Virus record (IMG/VR): IMGVR_UViG_3300031269_000015
Span: 1-62,122 of that record
Direction: 5' to 3' (one strand)
DNA: 62,122 bases
DNA from: a virus
Lineage: Duplodnaviria > Caudoviricetes
The position numbers were made by a program, and so were the translations under genes. Positions 31,205-40,809 of the stretch are shown in pieces. Under the pieces are notes generated by a model. That model was not told the origin of the DNA. It did no database searches and saw only the letters and a program-made list of their open reading frames with translations. Numbering within the stretch: the stretch's first letter is position 1; each line of letters starts with the position of its first letter.

Positions 31205-32202
31205 TGCACATTATCAAAGCAAGAAACGTAGAAGACGCTCTTCTGTTGGGTGTTGATATGATCAATGAAACTGGTGTTCAGCGAGACAGCCGTAATGGTC
31301 CAGTGAAGCTAATGCCTCAACCAGTAACAACTGTCTACGAACATCCAAGAGAAAGAGTTATGTTCCTTCCTGAACGTGACTGCAATCCGTTCTTCCACTT
31401 CATGGAATGCCTCTGGATGATGGCAGGTCGTCGTGATGTTGAATGGATTAGTCGCTTCAATAGTGGTATGGTTAACTACACTGACGATGGAGTCAATTTC
31501 CATGGAGCCTATGGCTATCGCTGGCGAAACCACTTCCCAGATGGTGAATTCGTGATTGATCAGCTCGCTACTATAGCAGCCACTCTCAAGTCAAACCCTG
31601 ACGACCGTCGTACTGTTCTGCAAATGTGGGACGCGACATCTGATCTTGGTTTCGAAGGTAAGGACTTTCCATGCAACCTAATCATCACGTTTCGTATCAA
31701 CGTAGCTGGTCATCTCGATATGACTGTGTTCAATCGCAGCAACGATATGATCTGGGGAGCCTACGGAGCCAACGCTGTTCATATGTCATTCATGCAAGAA
31801 GTTATGGCTTCTTGGATTGGTGTCCCTGTTGGGTGTTACTGGCAGATCAGCACAAATTTCCACGCCTATCTCGAAACACTGAAAAAAGTAGAGCCTCTGT
31901 TGTCTCAGTCTGCTGGGTTCACTGATTACGAGCTTGGTAACGTGGAACCTTTCAACATTGTTAACTCTTCAATCGATACATGGTTTAGCGAACTGTCTAT
32001 GTTCATGGAAGATGGCGCTAATGTGATGGGTTACACAGATCCGTTTTTCAAACGTGTTGCTGTACCGATGATGCTTTCTTGGGAAAAATGGAAAGATAAA
32101 GGTAATCCTGATCGTGTTGAAATGGCAATCGCTTCAGCAGAGAATATTGTCGCAACTGACTGGCAGAAGGCTTGTATTGAATGGTTGGAGCGTAGAGCGT
32201 GA
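31204..32202 (+). CDS. Thymidylate synthase homolog, probable dUMP hydroxymethylase
   Basis: GAYG.R, DRR, PCN catalytic Cys, RSND..WG..AN (Asn at the dUMP-specificity position), H.Y. Confidence 0.85.
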   Translation: MHIIKARNVEDALLLGVDMINETGVQRDSRNGPVKLMPQPVTTVYEHPRERVMFLPERDCNPFFHFMECLWMMAGRRDVEWISRFNSGMVNYTDDGVNFHGAYGYRWRNHFPDGEFVIDQLATIAATLKSNPDDRRTVLQMWDATSDLGFEGKDFPCNLIITFRINVAGHLDMTVFNRSNDMIWGAYGANAVHMSFMQEVMASWIGVPVGCYWQISTNFHAYLETLKKVEPLLSQSAGFTDYELGNVEPFNIVNSSIDTWFSELSMFMEDGANVMGYTDPFFKRVAVPMMLSWEKWKDKGNPDRVEMAIASAENIVATDWQKACIEWLERRA

Positions 32203-32747
32203 TTTATGAAATAGATGGAATTTTAAGTAAAATAAAATTCACTCGGGAGGCATCGGCAGTCAGTCGGTGTCATACCATTGCTCACCATGGAGAATATCCG
32301 GTAGGTCTCCATACTTTTAATATGTTAGCTACTTTAAGACTAATGTGGCCTGTTGCTCCTCTTGTCTTAGTTTGGGCTATACTAGAGCACGATATCCCAG
32401 AGAGACTTACTGGAGATATTCCTTCTCCACCTAAAGATCATGGAGTTGTAGGTAAAGATCATCTTAATAATTTAGAAATAATGATCAACACTGCTGTTTT
32501 CGGTTGTCACAATTTATCTTCACTAAACCCAGAAGAAACAACATGGTTTAAGGGATTAGATATTCTAGAACTTTATATGTGGTGTAAAGATCAGGAAATG
32601 CTCGGTAACAAAAATATACGAGTAATGATGGCTAGAATTGATAAGTTTTTTAAATTCAATTCTCATAAAGTTGCCAAAGAAATTGTCGACGTATACCACT
32701 TGTGTTATCATGACACTTGGGATATGTGTCACGACCTAGGAGATTAA
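32199..32747 (+). CDS. HD-domain 5'-deoxynucleotidase (YfbR-like)
   Basis: V.R.H, V..H, HD.PE..TGDIP.P, D.LE. Confidence 0.8.
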   Translation: MIYEIDGILSKIKFTREASAVSRCHTIAHHGEYPVGLHTFNMLATLRLMWPVAPLVLVWAILEHDIPERLTGDIPSPPKDHGVVGKDHLNNLEIMINTAVFGCHNLSSLNPEETTWFKGLDILELYMWCKDQEMLGNKNIRVMMARIDKFFKFNSHKVAKEIVDVYHLCYHDTWDMCHDLGD

Positions 32748-32748
32748 A

Positions 32749-33330
32749 ATGAAATCAATTCAAGTAGGTGGAAATCACTACTCCGCAGCTTACCAACACT
32801 GGGATTGGGCGATGGACGTTGACCTTGGTTATTTCGAGGCGGCGGCTTCCAAGTATGCTTTTCGCTGGTACAAGAAAAACGGTCTTGAAGACTTGGACAA
32901 GGCTCGGTCGTATTTAATTAAAGCTAAGGAAGGATATGTGAGTAGAAGAAAGTTTAACAGATGCTATCACGTTCATGTTCTCATGAATTGCCGTGAAAAA
33001 GCTAAAGAAAAGTATCGTAATTTTGTGAACAGTGCAAAGGTACCAGAGGTAGAAGCTGGACTGTGTCTTAGAATTGCTGAATGGCACAACGATACTGACC
33101 TCAGCGTTCTGATTGGCTTAATCAGTGCTTACATGGACGCCGTACAAGTGCAACTGGATGCAGGTGGTACCCTTGGCCCCCTTGCGCCGCTAACGGCCAC
33201 CCAGCGGCAAAAAACAGGGGGTAGCGGACGTTCTAACGGTGCCACCACCCAAGCCACCGCTTCTAGCGCGTCCACAGACGTCGGTATTAATCATCCTTTC
33301 CCATTTGGTTATTGTCCAGGTGATCTCTAA
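32749..33330 (+). CDS. DUF3310-like protein (putative nucleotide kinase) with low-complexity tail
   Basis: QVGG.HY, KY..R...KNG.EDL.KA..YL. Confidence 0.75.
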   Translation: MKSIQVGGNHYSAAYQHWDWAMDVDLGYFEAAASKYAFRWYKKNGLEDLDKARSYLIKAKEGYVSRRKFNRCYHVHVLMNCREKAKEKYRNFVNSAKVPEVEAGLCLRIAEWHNDTDLSVLIGLISAYMDAVQVQLDAGGTLGPLAPLTATQRQKTGGSGRSNGATTQATASSASTDVGINHPFPFGYCPGDL

Positions 33331-33728
33331 TGATCATTAAAGGATGGGCATCAGTGTTTGGTGAGATTGATATTGAAAGTGAAGTAATAGTTAAAGGGTG
33401 TTTTAAGAAAGACTTAAAGAAATTAACATTCGCTAGACCAATGCTTCTTGAACACAACACAGATAAAGTTATTGGAAGATGGGATATCATTAAAGAAAAA
33501 GAATATGGTCTATGGTGCGAAGGAACAGTGTTCGATGAAACCACACAGTTTTGGATTGATAAATGTGGAATATCTGGCCTTTCAGTACTTTTAAATGAAG
33601 TTAAAAAGAAAAGAATTAACGGTCTATGGTATCACGTAAAAGGAGAGATAGAGGAAATATCTGTGTGTTGTACCCCTATGAATAGAACAGCAAGAATTGT
33701 GGAAGTCATCAATGGTAAAGCAGACTAA
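33330..33728 (+). CDS. HK97-family prohead protease-like protein, out of context
   Basis: GWASVFG..D...E....G.F, ML.EH....IG.W...E...GL..EG, GLS, EIS....P.N. Confidence 0.8.
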   Translation: MIIKGWASVFGEIDIESEVIVKGCFKKDLKKLTFARPMLLEHNTDKVIGRWDIIKEKEYGLWCEGTVFDETTQFWIDKCGISGLSVLLNEVKKKRINGLWYHVKGEIEEISVCCTPMNRTARIVEVINGKAD

Positions 33729-35793
33729 ACAGCAAGAAGCTAAAGCTAGGAACAGCGGAGAGTCCCCGTTGCAAATGTCGATGTTCATGCCCAAAGCAGA
33801 ATGGAGACCTCCCTCTATTTCTGACCTTCCTTCTTGGGCTGGTGCAAAAAGGATAGCTATTGATGCTGAAACAAGAGATCCATCAATCAGTGCTGGACTG
33901 GGAACCGGACAAATGCGAGACGGCTATACCGTTGGATGGGCTTTTGCCATTGATGGAGGACCTAAACACTATTTACCTTTTCGACACGAAGGAGGTGATA
34001 ACCTGGACGAAACAGAAGTCCTTCGATACCTTAGAGATAACATCAAAAATTACCGAGGGGAATTCGTTGGGGCAAATCTTGCCTATGATGTCGACTACGG
34101 ATACAACGATGGATTTGAATGGCATAGAGATGCTAAATTCAGAGATATACAAATCGCCGATCCCCTTATCAATGAACTTGAATGGTCCTACTCTCTCACT
34201 AACATCGGTAAGCGTCACGGAATTGAAGCCAAAGATGAGACGCTTCTTATTGAAGCAGCAAAAGCACATGGACTGGATGCAAAGAAAGGTCTTTGGCGGC
34301 TACCAGCTCGTTTCGTCGGAGCTTATGGTGAACAAGACGTCACCTCTCCACTTGATATCCTACGAATGCAAGAAGAGAAGATTGAGGCGGCGGGATTGCG
34401 TGAGATATGGGACCTTGAAACAGACGTTCTCCCCGTACTCGTAAGAATGCGACGTCGTGGTGTGCGGATTGATTTTGAAAAACTAGAGTCTATTGAAAAA
34501 TGGGCCTTAGACGAAGAGAAAAAAGCGTTAGACCTTGTGAAACGTGAGACAGGCGTCTCTATTGGGTTGGACAACATCTGGAAACCGAACCTCATAGCTC
34601 CTGCTCTTGAAGATATAGGTATGCGACTCAATAAAACTACGACTGGAGCACCACAGATTGATAAAGCTCTGCTCGGAGGTTCAGACCATCCTGTCCCTAA
34701 CGCTATTCTTCATGCACGTAAAGTAAATAAGATCAGGACAACTTTCTCTGCGTCAATCCATAAATATGCTGTCAAAGGTAAAATACATTGTTCTTTCAAA
34801 CAGATTGCAGCAGAAACAGAAAGCGGTGTTCAAAAAGGTGTTCGCTACGGTAGACTATCAGCCATTGATCCTAACTTGCAACAACAACCAAGTCCTGATC
34901 GAGACCCTGTAATCGCCGGTGAATGGAGGAAGATCTTCATACCAGAGGAAGGGGCAATCTGGGGCTGCAACGACTACTCTCAACAAGAGCCTAGGTGGAC
35001 GACACATTTCGCAGCGCTCATGGATTTCCCAAAGGCAAGAGATGCCGCCAAGCGTTATCGTGAAGACCCAAGTACAGACAATCATGAAATGATGACTCGT
35101 ATAGTTAATGGTGACAGCATTGTCGATAAGTGGATGTCGCAAAGCCCAAAGCAATTCAAACTAGAGCGAGGATTCTCTAAGGCTATCTACCTTGGGTTAT
35201 GCTACGGAGAAGGTGGAGCTAAACTCTGCGTGGACATCGGCAAACCTACTCGTTGGGCACATATCTCAGGATGGGGTAAAAAACGCCGCATTGAGTACCA
35301 TGACAGCAAAGAAGATGCGATGTCAGCCCGAATGGATATGGGAACAGGTTACTATAAAGAGATGGCTGGTGAAGAGGGTCAAGAGATACTGGATAAGTTC
35401 GACAGAGAAGCACCTTTCGTTGGAGCCTTGGCGAAAGCTGCGTCAGCAAGGGCTGAAGCTAAAGGATTTGTCAAGACAATATTTAATAGACACCTTCATT
35501 TTGAACAACGAGATGATGGTTCTTACGATTACACCCACAAAGCCCTGAACAGAGTTATCCAAGGTTCTTCTGCCGATCAAACTAAACTTGCCTTGGTAGA
35601 GATTGATAAAACTGACGCCTATCTACAACTACAGGTCCACGATGAGACTGATGGTAGTTACGGATCAGTTGCAGAAGCTGTTGCTGTCGGAGACATAATG
35701 AGAGACTGCGTTCTAAAGCGTTGTCGTCCACTTGTGCCGTTCAAAGTAGACTGTGAAGTTGGGCCTTCGTGGGGAGAAATTAAGAGTGTCTGA
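33712..35793 (+). CDS. polA: Family A DNA polymerase with 3'-5' exonuclease
   Basis: IDAET exo I, GRLS..DPNLQQ, DYSQQE.R, K...LG..YG, N..IQGS.AD, VHDE. Confidence 0.95.
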   Translation: MVKQTKQQEAKARNSGESPLQMSMFMPKAEWRPPSISDLPSWAGAKRIAIDAETRDPSISAGLGTGQMRDGYTVGWAFAIDGGPKHYLPFRHEGGDNLDETEVLRYLRDNIKNYRGEFVGANLAYDVDYGYNDGFEWHRDAKFRDIQIADPLINELEWSYSLTNIGKRHGIEAKDETLLIEAAKAHGLDAKKGLWRLPARFVGAYGEQDVTSPLDILRMQEEKIEAAGLREIWDLETDVLPVLVRMRRRGVRIDFEKLESIEKWALDEEKKALDLVKRETGVSIGLDNIWKPNLIAPALEDIGMRLNKTTTGAPQIDKALLGGSDHPVPNAILHARKVNKIRTTFSASIHKYAVKGKIHCSFKQIAAETESGVQKGVRYGRLSAIDPNLQQQPSPDRDPVIAGEWRKIFIPEEGAIWGCNDYSQQEPRWTTHFAALMDFPKARDAAKRYREDPSTDNHEMMTRIVNGDSIVDKWMSQSPKQFKLERGFSKAIYLGLCYGEGGAKLCVDIGKPTRWAHISGWGKKRRIEYHDSKEDAMSARMDMGTGYYKEMAGEEGQEILDKFDREAPFVGALAKAASARAEAKGFVKTIFNRHLHFEQRDDGSYDYTHKALNRVIQGSSADQTKLALVEIDKTDAYLQLQVHDETDGSYGSVAEAVAVGDIMRDCVLKRCRPLVPFKVDCEVGPSWGEIKSV

Positions 35794-35887
35794 TGTATGT
35801 AGTGTAAAGGGATGTAATTTCAAAGGAACTCTCAAAGCTGAAATGTGTGGTAAGCATAGAACACATAGCGACAGAAAAAGGTTTAAC

Positions 35888-36193
35888 ATGAATTCTCAAC
35901 TTCAGAAACAGGTCCTCGGTTGGGCCGAAGGACAATTCGGAGTAAATCCTGAATTGAAAATCGCAATCCGTGGTAACAAAGAGATGGCTGAACTTGTTTC
36001 AACTATTTCCAACGGAATGGGAAAAAAGTCTATCGGCGAGGAATGTGCTGATGTAGCTTTTTTCCTAATTCAGATTTGCGAGAAAAACGGATTTGACCTA
36101 ATGAAAGAGGTTGAAGCTAAACTCGTAATAAATCGCAAACGAGAATGGGGTATCGCCTCTGATGGTTCCCACCAACATATCGAAGGAACATAA
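35888..36193 (+). CDS. MazG-like dNTP pyrophosphohydrolase
   Basis: E..EL....EECADV; K...N..R.W. Confidence 0.75.
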   Translation: MNSQLQKQVLGWAEGQFGVNPELKIAIRGNKEMAELVSTISNGMGKKSIGEECADVAFFLIQICEKNGFDLMKEVEAKLVINRKREWGIASDGSHQHIEGT

Positions 36194-36194
36194 C

Positions 36195-36734
36195 TTGAAA
36201 CACTGTATGATAGACTTAGAAACATTTGGTACCTCAGCGGGTTGTGTCATTCGCTCAATCGGCGCTGTTGCTTTTGATCCTAGAACTCCTCGTTTGGGCG
36301 CAGAGTTCTACAAGAATATTACGGAAGAAGATCAAATTGCATGTGGAGCTTTCAAAGATCCATCCACTATCAAATGGTGGGATTCGCAAGGCGATTCTGC
36401 TAAAGAAATTTTGGAACCAAACCAGATGGATCTAAAAACTGTTGTCAATGGATTCAACAATTTTTGGAAAGAAAATAAGTTAAAATTCGCTTGGTCTCAA
36501 GGATCTAACTTTGATAGTGTCTTATGGGAAGCAACTTGTAAGTTAGTCGGCGTTAGACCACCTTGGCAGTTCTACAATACCCGAGACACTCGAACTGTCT
36601 ACGACATGGCTGGTCTTAACACAAAGACCATTCCTCGCAAAGGAATCTACCATTATGCTTTGGATGACTGCAAACATCAAGTTCGATGTGTTTACAAATC
36701 TTACATGATGCGCGATGGAGTAACTGAACGATGA
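36195..36734 (+). CDS. DEDDh 3'-5' exonuclease
   Basis: MIDLET, NFD, RD.RT, H.ALDD. Confidence 0.88.
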   Translation: MKHCMIDLETFGTSAGCVIRSIGAVAFDPRTPRLGAEFYKNITEEDQIACGAFKDPSTIKWWDSQGDSAKEILEPNQMDLKTVVNGFNNFWKENKLKFAWSQGSNFDSVLWEATCKLVGVRPPWQFYNTRDTRTVYDMAGLNTKTIPRKGIYHYALDDCKHQVRCVYKSYMMRDGVTER

Positions 36735-37186
36735 ATGATGATAAAATGTTTATGAAACACGCAGTTCATGCAAGCAAATTCAGTCCTGATCCTTCCACGA
36801 AAGTAGGTTCAGTGGTTGTTCTTGGGGGCGCTGTGTTCTCCGTAGGCTTCAACCAATTTCCTAGTGGAGTACTAGAAAGTGATGAAAGACTGAACGATCG
36901 TACTCAAAAATACCCAAGAGTAATACATGCAGAAGCAAACGCTCTCGTCGAAGGGGCAAGATTGATGCATCGAGAACGACCACTTCTTGGGTTTGAATGG
37001 GCCACTCTCTACACCACCGAATTTCCTTGCTGTTCCTGCTGTGGGCTGATTATTCAACATGGTATTAAGAGAGTTGTGTCCCAAGATTTAAGTAGTGATT
37101 ACGCCGAAAGATGGGCAGAACAGATTGAAATCTCTAAGTCTATGTTTAGTGAATCTGGCGTAGAACTAGTGGTAATTCCCCGATAA
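36731..37186 (+). CDS. dCMP deaminase
   Basis: S.DP..KVG, HAE.NAL, PC..C. Confidence 0.92.
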   Translation: MNDDKMFMKHAVHASKFSPDPSTKVGSVVVLGGAVFSVGFNQFPSGVLESDERLNDRTQKYPRVIHAEANALVEGARLMHRERPLLGFEWATLYTTEFPCCSCCGLIIQHGIKRVVSQDLSSDYAERWAEQIEISKSMFSESGVELVVIPR

Positions 37187-37235
37187 CTAGAGGTTGTCAA
37201 TTGCCACCTCAACAGCTAGTATAAAGGTTCACGAT

Positions 37236-37658
37236 ATGTCGGAAGCTACCTCACGTTCAAACTTAGTTAAAAGGCTTAAAACGCTTGACGCGGTGTCAAT
37301 CGAGAGTCCTTCTACAGGACTAGGAATTCCGGACGTATTTTTTATCGGCGGGGTGATCGAATGTAAGTGGTTAAGATATTGGCCTAAGACGGCAGATACA
37401 AAACCAGTGAAATTCGGTCACCCTTTATCCAAAGAGCAGCAAGTCTGGCTTTGGCGAAGAGAACATCGAGGAGGATTGGCGCTAGTGTGTGCGCAAGTTC
37501 AGAAGTCTTGGTTCTTTTGGTCAGGAAAGCAGATCAAGGAAGAGAAACTATGGGACAACATGACGAGACCGGAAATGATATCAAAAGCCCTGCTCTATTA
37601 CCCGAACGGACTACAGACAGAAAGCCTCTTGAGCTTTCTCAAGGAGAACGCAGCTTAA
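37236..37658 (+). CDS. PD-(D/E)XK nuclease, Holliday junction resolvase/VRR-NUC-like
   Basis: G.PD...IE.K, Q..W; TTGTCA-N17-TAGTAT promoter at 37194. Confidence 0.75.
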   Translation: MSEATSRSNLVKRLKTLDAVSIESPSTGLGIPDVFFIGGVIECKWLRYWPKTADTKPVKFGHPLSKEQQVWLWRREHRGGLALVCAQVQKSWFFWSGKQIKEEKLWDNMTRPEMISKALLYYPNGLQTESLLSFLKENAA

Positions 37659-37945
37659 TTTATCGACGTCGTATGGGTTTCAGTCAGAAACAAATGGCAG
37701 CTATTTCTGGCGTCAAGCGACGCAAATATAGCGAGATGGAAACACAAGGGGTTGATAGTCTAGCTATCGTAGCTTCTGTTGATCCACTAACCAAAGCTGA
37801 GGAGTGTCTCATAATGAGACGTCGCTCTGGGTGTACCCAACAGTATTGCGCTGACTCTATGGGAATTACTCGATATTGGTACAACCTTATGGAAAACGGC
37901 AAAGCGCCTTCCATTAAACTGGAGGTTTTCTGGAATGAAAGGTGA
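37549..37945 (+). CDS. Tandem XRE-type HTH protein (start uncertain)
   Basis: Two copies of RRR.G..Q...A...G..R..Y...E. Confidence 0.75.
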
Positions 37946-40361
37946 GTCACAACGCGCTATAGATTTCCTACAAAAGTTCTACCCAAAGGGACCTTGGCTT
38001 CTCACCTCAATTCAAACAGATCGTAAAGCTATTGACACAAAACCGTTCGGTCCGAAATCAATTGAAGAGTGTATGTTTTGGCTTGAAAAATACAACGGTG
38101 ATCGCAATATATATTTCACGGTCAACCAGCCTAACATTGCTTTTCTAAAGTCAAGTGGAGTCAAAAAACCAAACAAAGAAGACATGTTTGAAGCTCATTG
38201 GTTGCATGTCGATATAGACCCAGCGGAAGCTTCAGCAGACGAAAAAGATATGGATGGTTTCATTAAAATGGAACGAGAGCGTATCCTGAGCGTATTGACT
38301 GATCGTTTACCAAAAGGCATAGAAAAACCAACGGTGATCATATTCTCCGGTGGTGGATATCAGGCTTTCTGGAAATTAGATAAACCTTTCCGAATAGATG
38401 GAACTGAAACAGCGTGGAGTGAATTTGAACTATACAACAAACGTCTAGAACAAGTGTTCGGAGGCGACCACTGCCACAACGTAGACAGGATAATGCGACT
38501 TCCTGGGACAGTTAACGTTCCTGATGCAAAGAAACGCAAAAAAGGCCGCACAGAGCAACTCGCAAAGCTGTTAGAGTTTGACAAGAAAAACTCTTATTCA
38601 ATAGAAAATTTCAAGAAAGCGCAGGCAGTTCAAACTTCAGGTCCTGGACGCCATGATGGTGGTGAGTACGGTATCAAAGTTGATATTCCTGGGAATGTTG
38701 AAAAAATTGCTGACCTAAGTGAATTAGACGTGTGGGAAGTTCCCGATAGAGTTAAGGTTATTATCGCACAAGGACAGCATCCAGATCAACCAAAAGAGGG
38801 TGATAATTCTCGGTCTGCTTGGCTGTTTGATTGCGTGTGTTCGCTGGCCAGATGTAACGTTCCAGACGGTGTTATATTTGCAATTTTGACCGACCCTGAG
38901 TGGGGGATTGCGAGCAGTATTGTTGAGCTCAAAGGAGGTGCTGAAAAGTATGCAATTCGCCAGATCAAGCGGGCAAAAGAGTACAGTGAAGATCCCCATC
39001 TAACAAAGATGAACGACCGACATGCAATTATCGGTAACATTGGAGGAAAGTGCCGCGTCATCGAGGAGATCGAGGATGATGTTCTGCACCGCAGTCGTAT
39101 CACAATGTCAAGTTTCGAAGATGTTCGTAACAGATATGGTAACATTCAAATTCAAATCGGTTCTACTGACAAGGGTGATCCTGTTCATATCCCCTTGGGT
39201 AAGTATTGGATTAATCACCGAATGCGTAGACAATACGACACTATGAAGTTCATGCCTCAGGGTGATCAACCAGGAGTTTATAATTTATGGCGAGGATTTA
39301 ATGTAGAGCCAATTCCCGGCGATTGTTCTATTTATCTAGAGCATCTAAAAGAAAACGTATGCAGTGGAGACAAAGGACATTATGATTACCTCATTAAGTG
39401 GATGGCAAGAGTTGTTCAGACACCTGCAAGTCCGGGAGAAGTTGCGATTGTCCTTAGAGGAGGAAAAGGTACTGGTAAAGGCTATTTCGCAAGAACATTC
39501 GGCAGGCTCTTTGGAAGACACCATCTTCACGTTGCTAATCCTTCACACCTTGTCGGAAACTTCAACGCTCATTTACGAGACGTTATATCTCTGTTTGCGG
39601 ATGAAGCTTTTTTCGCTGGTGATAAGAGACATGAAAGTGTTCTCAAGATGCTTATCACTGAGGACAGTATTCCAATTGAAGCCAAAGGAATTGATACCGA
39701 ACCCTATCCCAACTACGTTCACCTCATCATGGCTTCGAATGACCCTCACGTTATCAGGGCCACAGGGGACGAGCGCCGTTACTTCGTACTAGATATGGGG
39801 GACGGTCGTAAACAAGACTCAGGTTTCTTTAAGTCACTAACTCACCAAATGGATAATGGTGGATATGAAGCTTTACTGTACCATCTACAAAATGTAGATA
39901 TGACTGATTTCGAAGTTCGTAACGTACCTCAAACTGAGGCGCTAAACGAACAGAAACTAATGTCTATGGGTGTTGAAGAAGAATGGTGGTATCACAAACT
40001 CTGGGACGGTTACGTACTAGAAGGTCACGACAGCTGGATGCGTGATGTTCAAACAGAGTTGCTTGAAAAAGACTACACTAATTACGCTGACAAATGGAAA
40101 TTTGCGAGAAGAGGCAACGCCACTCTCTTAGGTCGTTTCTTAAAAAGTGTTATTCCCCACATAAACAAAATGCAAAAGCGAGTTACTGTAGAGGAGTACG
40201 ATCAAGGAACAGGAGGAACCCAGAGAACTAAGAAAAGATTATACCATTACGACCTTGGGAGCTTAGATCAGTGTAGAATATCATGGGACAAAGTTTATGG
40301 TGCTCGTGATTGGCCTTCTCCCGTTGAACTTGATCCAGGAGAGATGGAGGTTCCATTCTAA
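37935..40361 (+). CDS. Primase-helicase
   Basis: H.D.D, SGGG.Q..W, RIMRLPGT.N primase; G.KGTGK Walker A, FADE, SN, RRY. Confidence 0.9.
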   Translation: MKGESQRAIDFLQKFYPKGPWLLTSIQTDRKAIDTKPFGPKSIEECMFWLEKYNGDRNIYFTVNQPNIAFLKSSGVKKPNKEDMFEAHWLHVDIDPAEASADEKDMDGFIKMERERILSVLTDRLPKGIEKPTVIIFSGGGYQAFWKLDKPFRIDGTETAWSEFELYNKRLEQVFGGDHCHNVDRIMRLPGTVNVPDAKKRKKGRTEQLAKLLEFDKKNSYSIENFKKAQAVQTSGPGRHDGGEYGIKVDIPGNVEKIADLSELDVWEVPDRVKVIIAQGQHPDQPKEGDNSRSAWLFDCVCSLARCNVPDGVIFAILTDPEWGIASSIVELKGGAEKYAIRQIKRAKEYSEDPHLTKMNDRHAIIGNIGGKCRVIEEIEDDVLHRSRITMSSFEDVRNRYGNIQIQIGSTDKGDPVHIPLGKYWINHRMRRQYDTMKFMPQGDQPGVYNLWRGFNVEPIPGDCSIYLEHLKENVCSGDKGHYDYLIKWMARVVQTPASPGEVAIVLRGGKGTGKGYFARTFGRLFGRHHLHVANPSHLVGNFNAHLRDVISLFADEAFFAGDKRHESVLKMLITEDSIPIEAKGIDTEPYPNYVHLIMASNDPHVIRATGDERRYFVLDMGDGRKQDSGFFKSLTHQMDNGGYEALLYHLQNVDMTDFEVRNVPQTEALNEQKLMSMGVEEEWWYHKLWDGYVLEGHDSWMRDVQTELLEKDYTNYADKWKFARRGNATLLGRFLKSVIPHINKMQKRVTVEEYDQGTGGTQRTKKRLYHYDLGSLDQCRISWDKVYGARDWPSPVELDPGEMEVPF

Positions 40362-40663
40362 TGACTTGTACATCACCATGTTTTGATTGTCCTTATTTAA
40401 GAGACTCTGAGAAACTAAAAATCGCCGACACTGTAATATTCGATTTCGTATTCAAACATCACACAATAGATGGAGGACACGAACCTCATATTTGCCCAGA
40501 GCAAGAAGACATCTGCTTTGGGCAGATACAAATGATAGCGAATGGATACAAGACCGGACTAGATCCGTTCTCTGAGATCGGAGAAGCTGTTGAAGAAACT
40601 GCCCCTAATGATAAAGAATATTTCAGCGGTTCTTGGGAATTTATAGCTTACCACGAGCTCTAG
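40361..40663 (+). CDS. Small Cys-rich hypothetical protein
   Basis: PC.DCPY, H.C, C.G. Confidence 0.6.
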   Translation: MTCTSPCFDCPYLRDSEKLKIADTVIFDFVFKHHTIDGGHEPHICPEQEDICFGQIQMIANGYKTGLDPFSEIGEAVEETAPNDKEYFSGSWEFIAYHEL

Positions 40664-40809
40664 GGACGCGCTAGATGCCGTTGCTTACCCTGCCCTACCC
40701 CTACAGCATTCAAGGCCGTCCCTGCCCCACCGTATAGGGCAGGGATACAAAGGTTTGGTCAGTTTGGCGGCTACTGTGCTACAATAAAGTTCAATTATTG
40801 GAGGCTACC

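Noticed and set aside
37451-37945. Lysogeny repressor
   Set aside because: Co-oriented within the replication operon, with no divergent switch or integrase; kept only as an HTH protein
247-40000. Numerous minus-strand and nested ORFs in the ORF track
   Set aside because: Shadows of well-supported + strand genes, with no RBS or motifs
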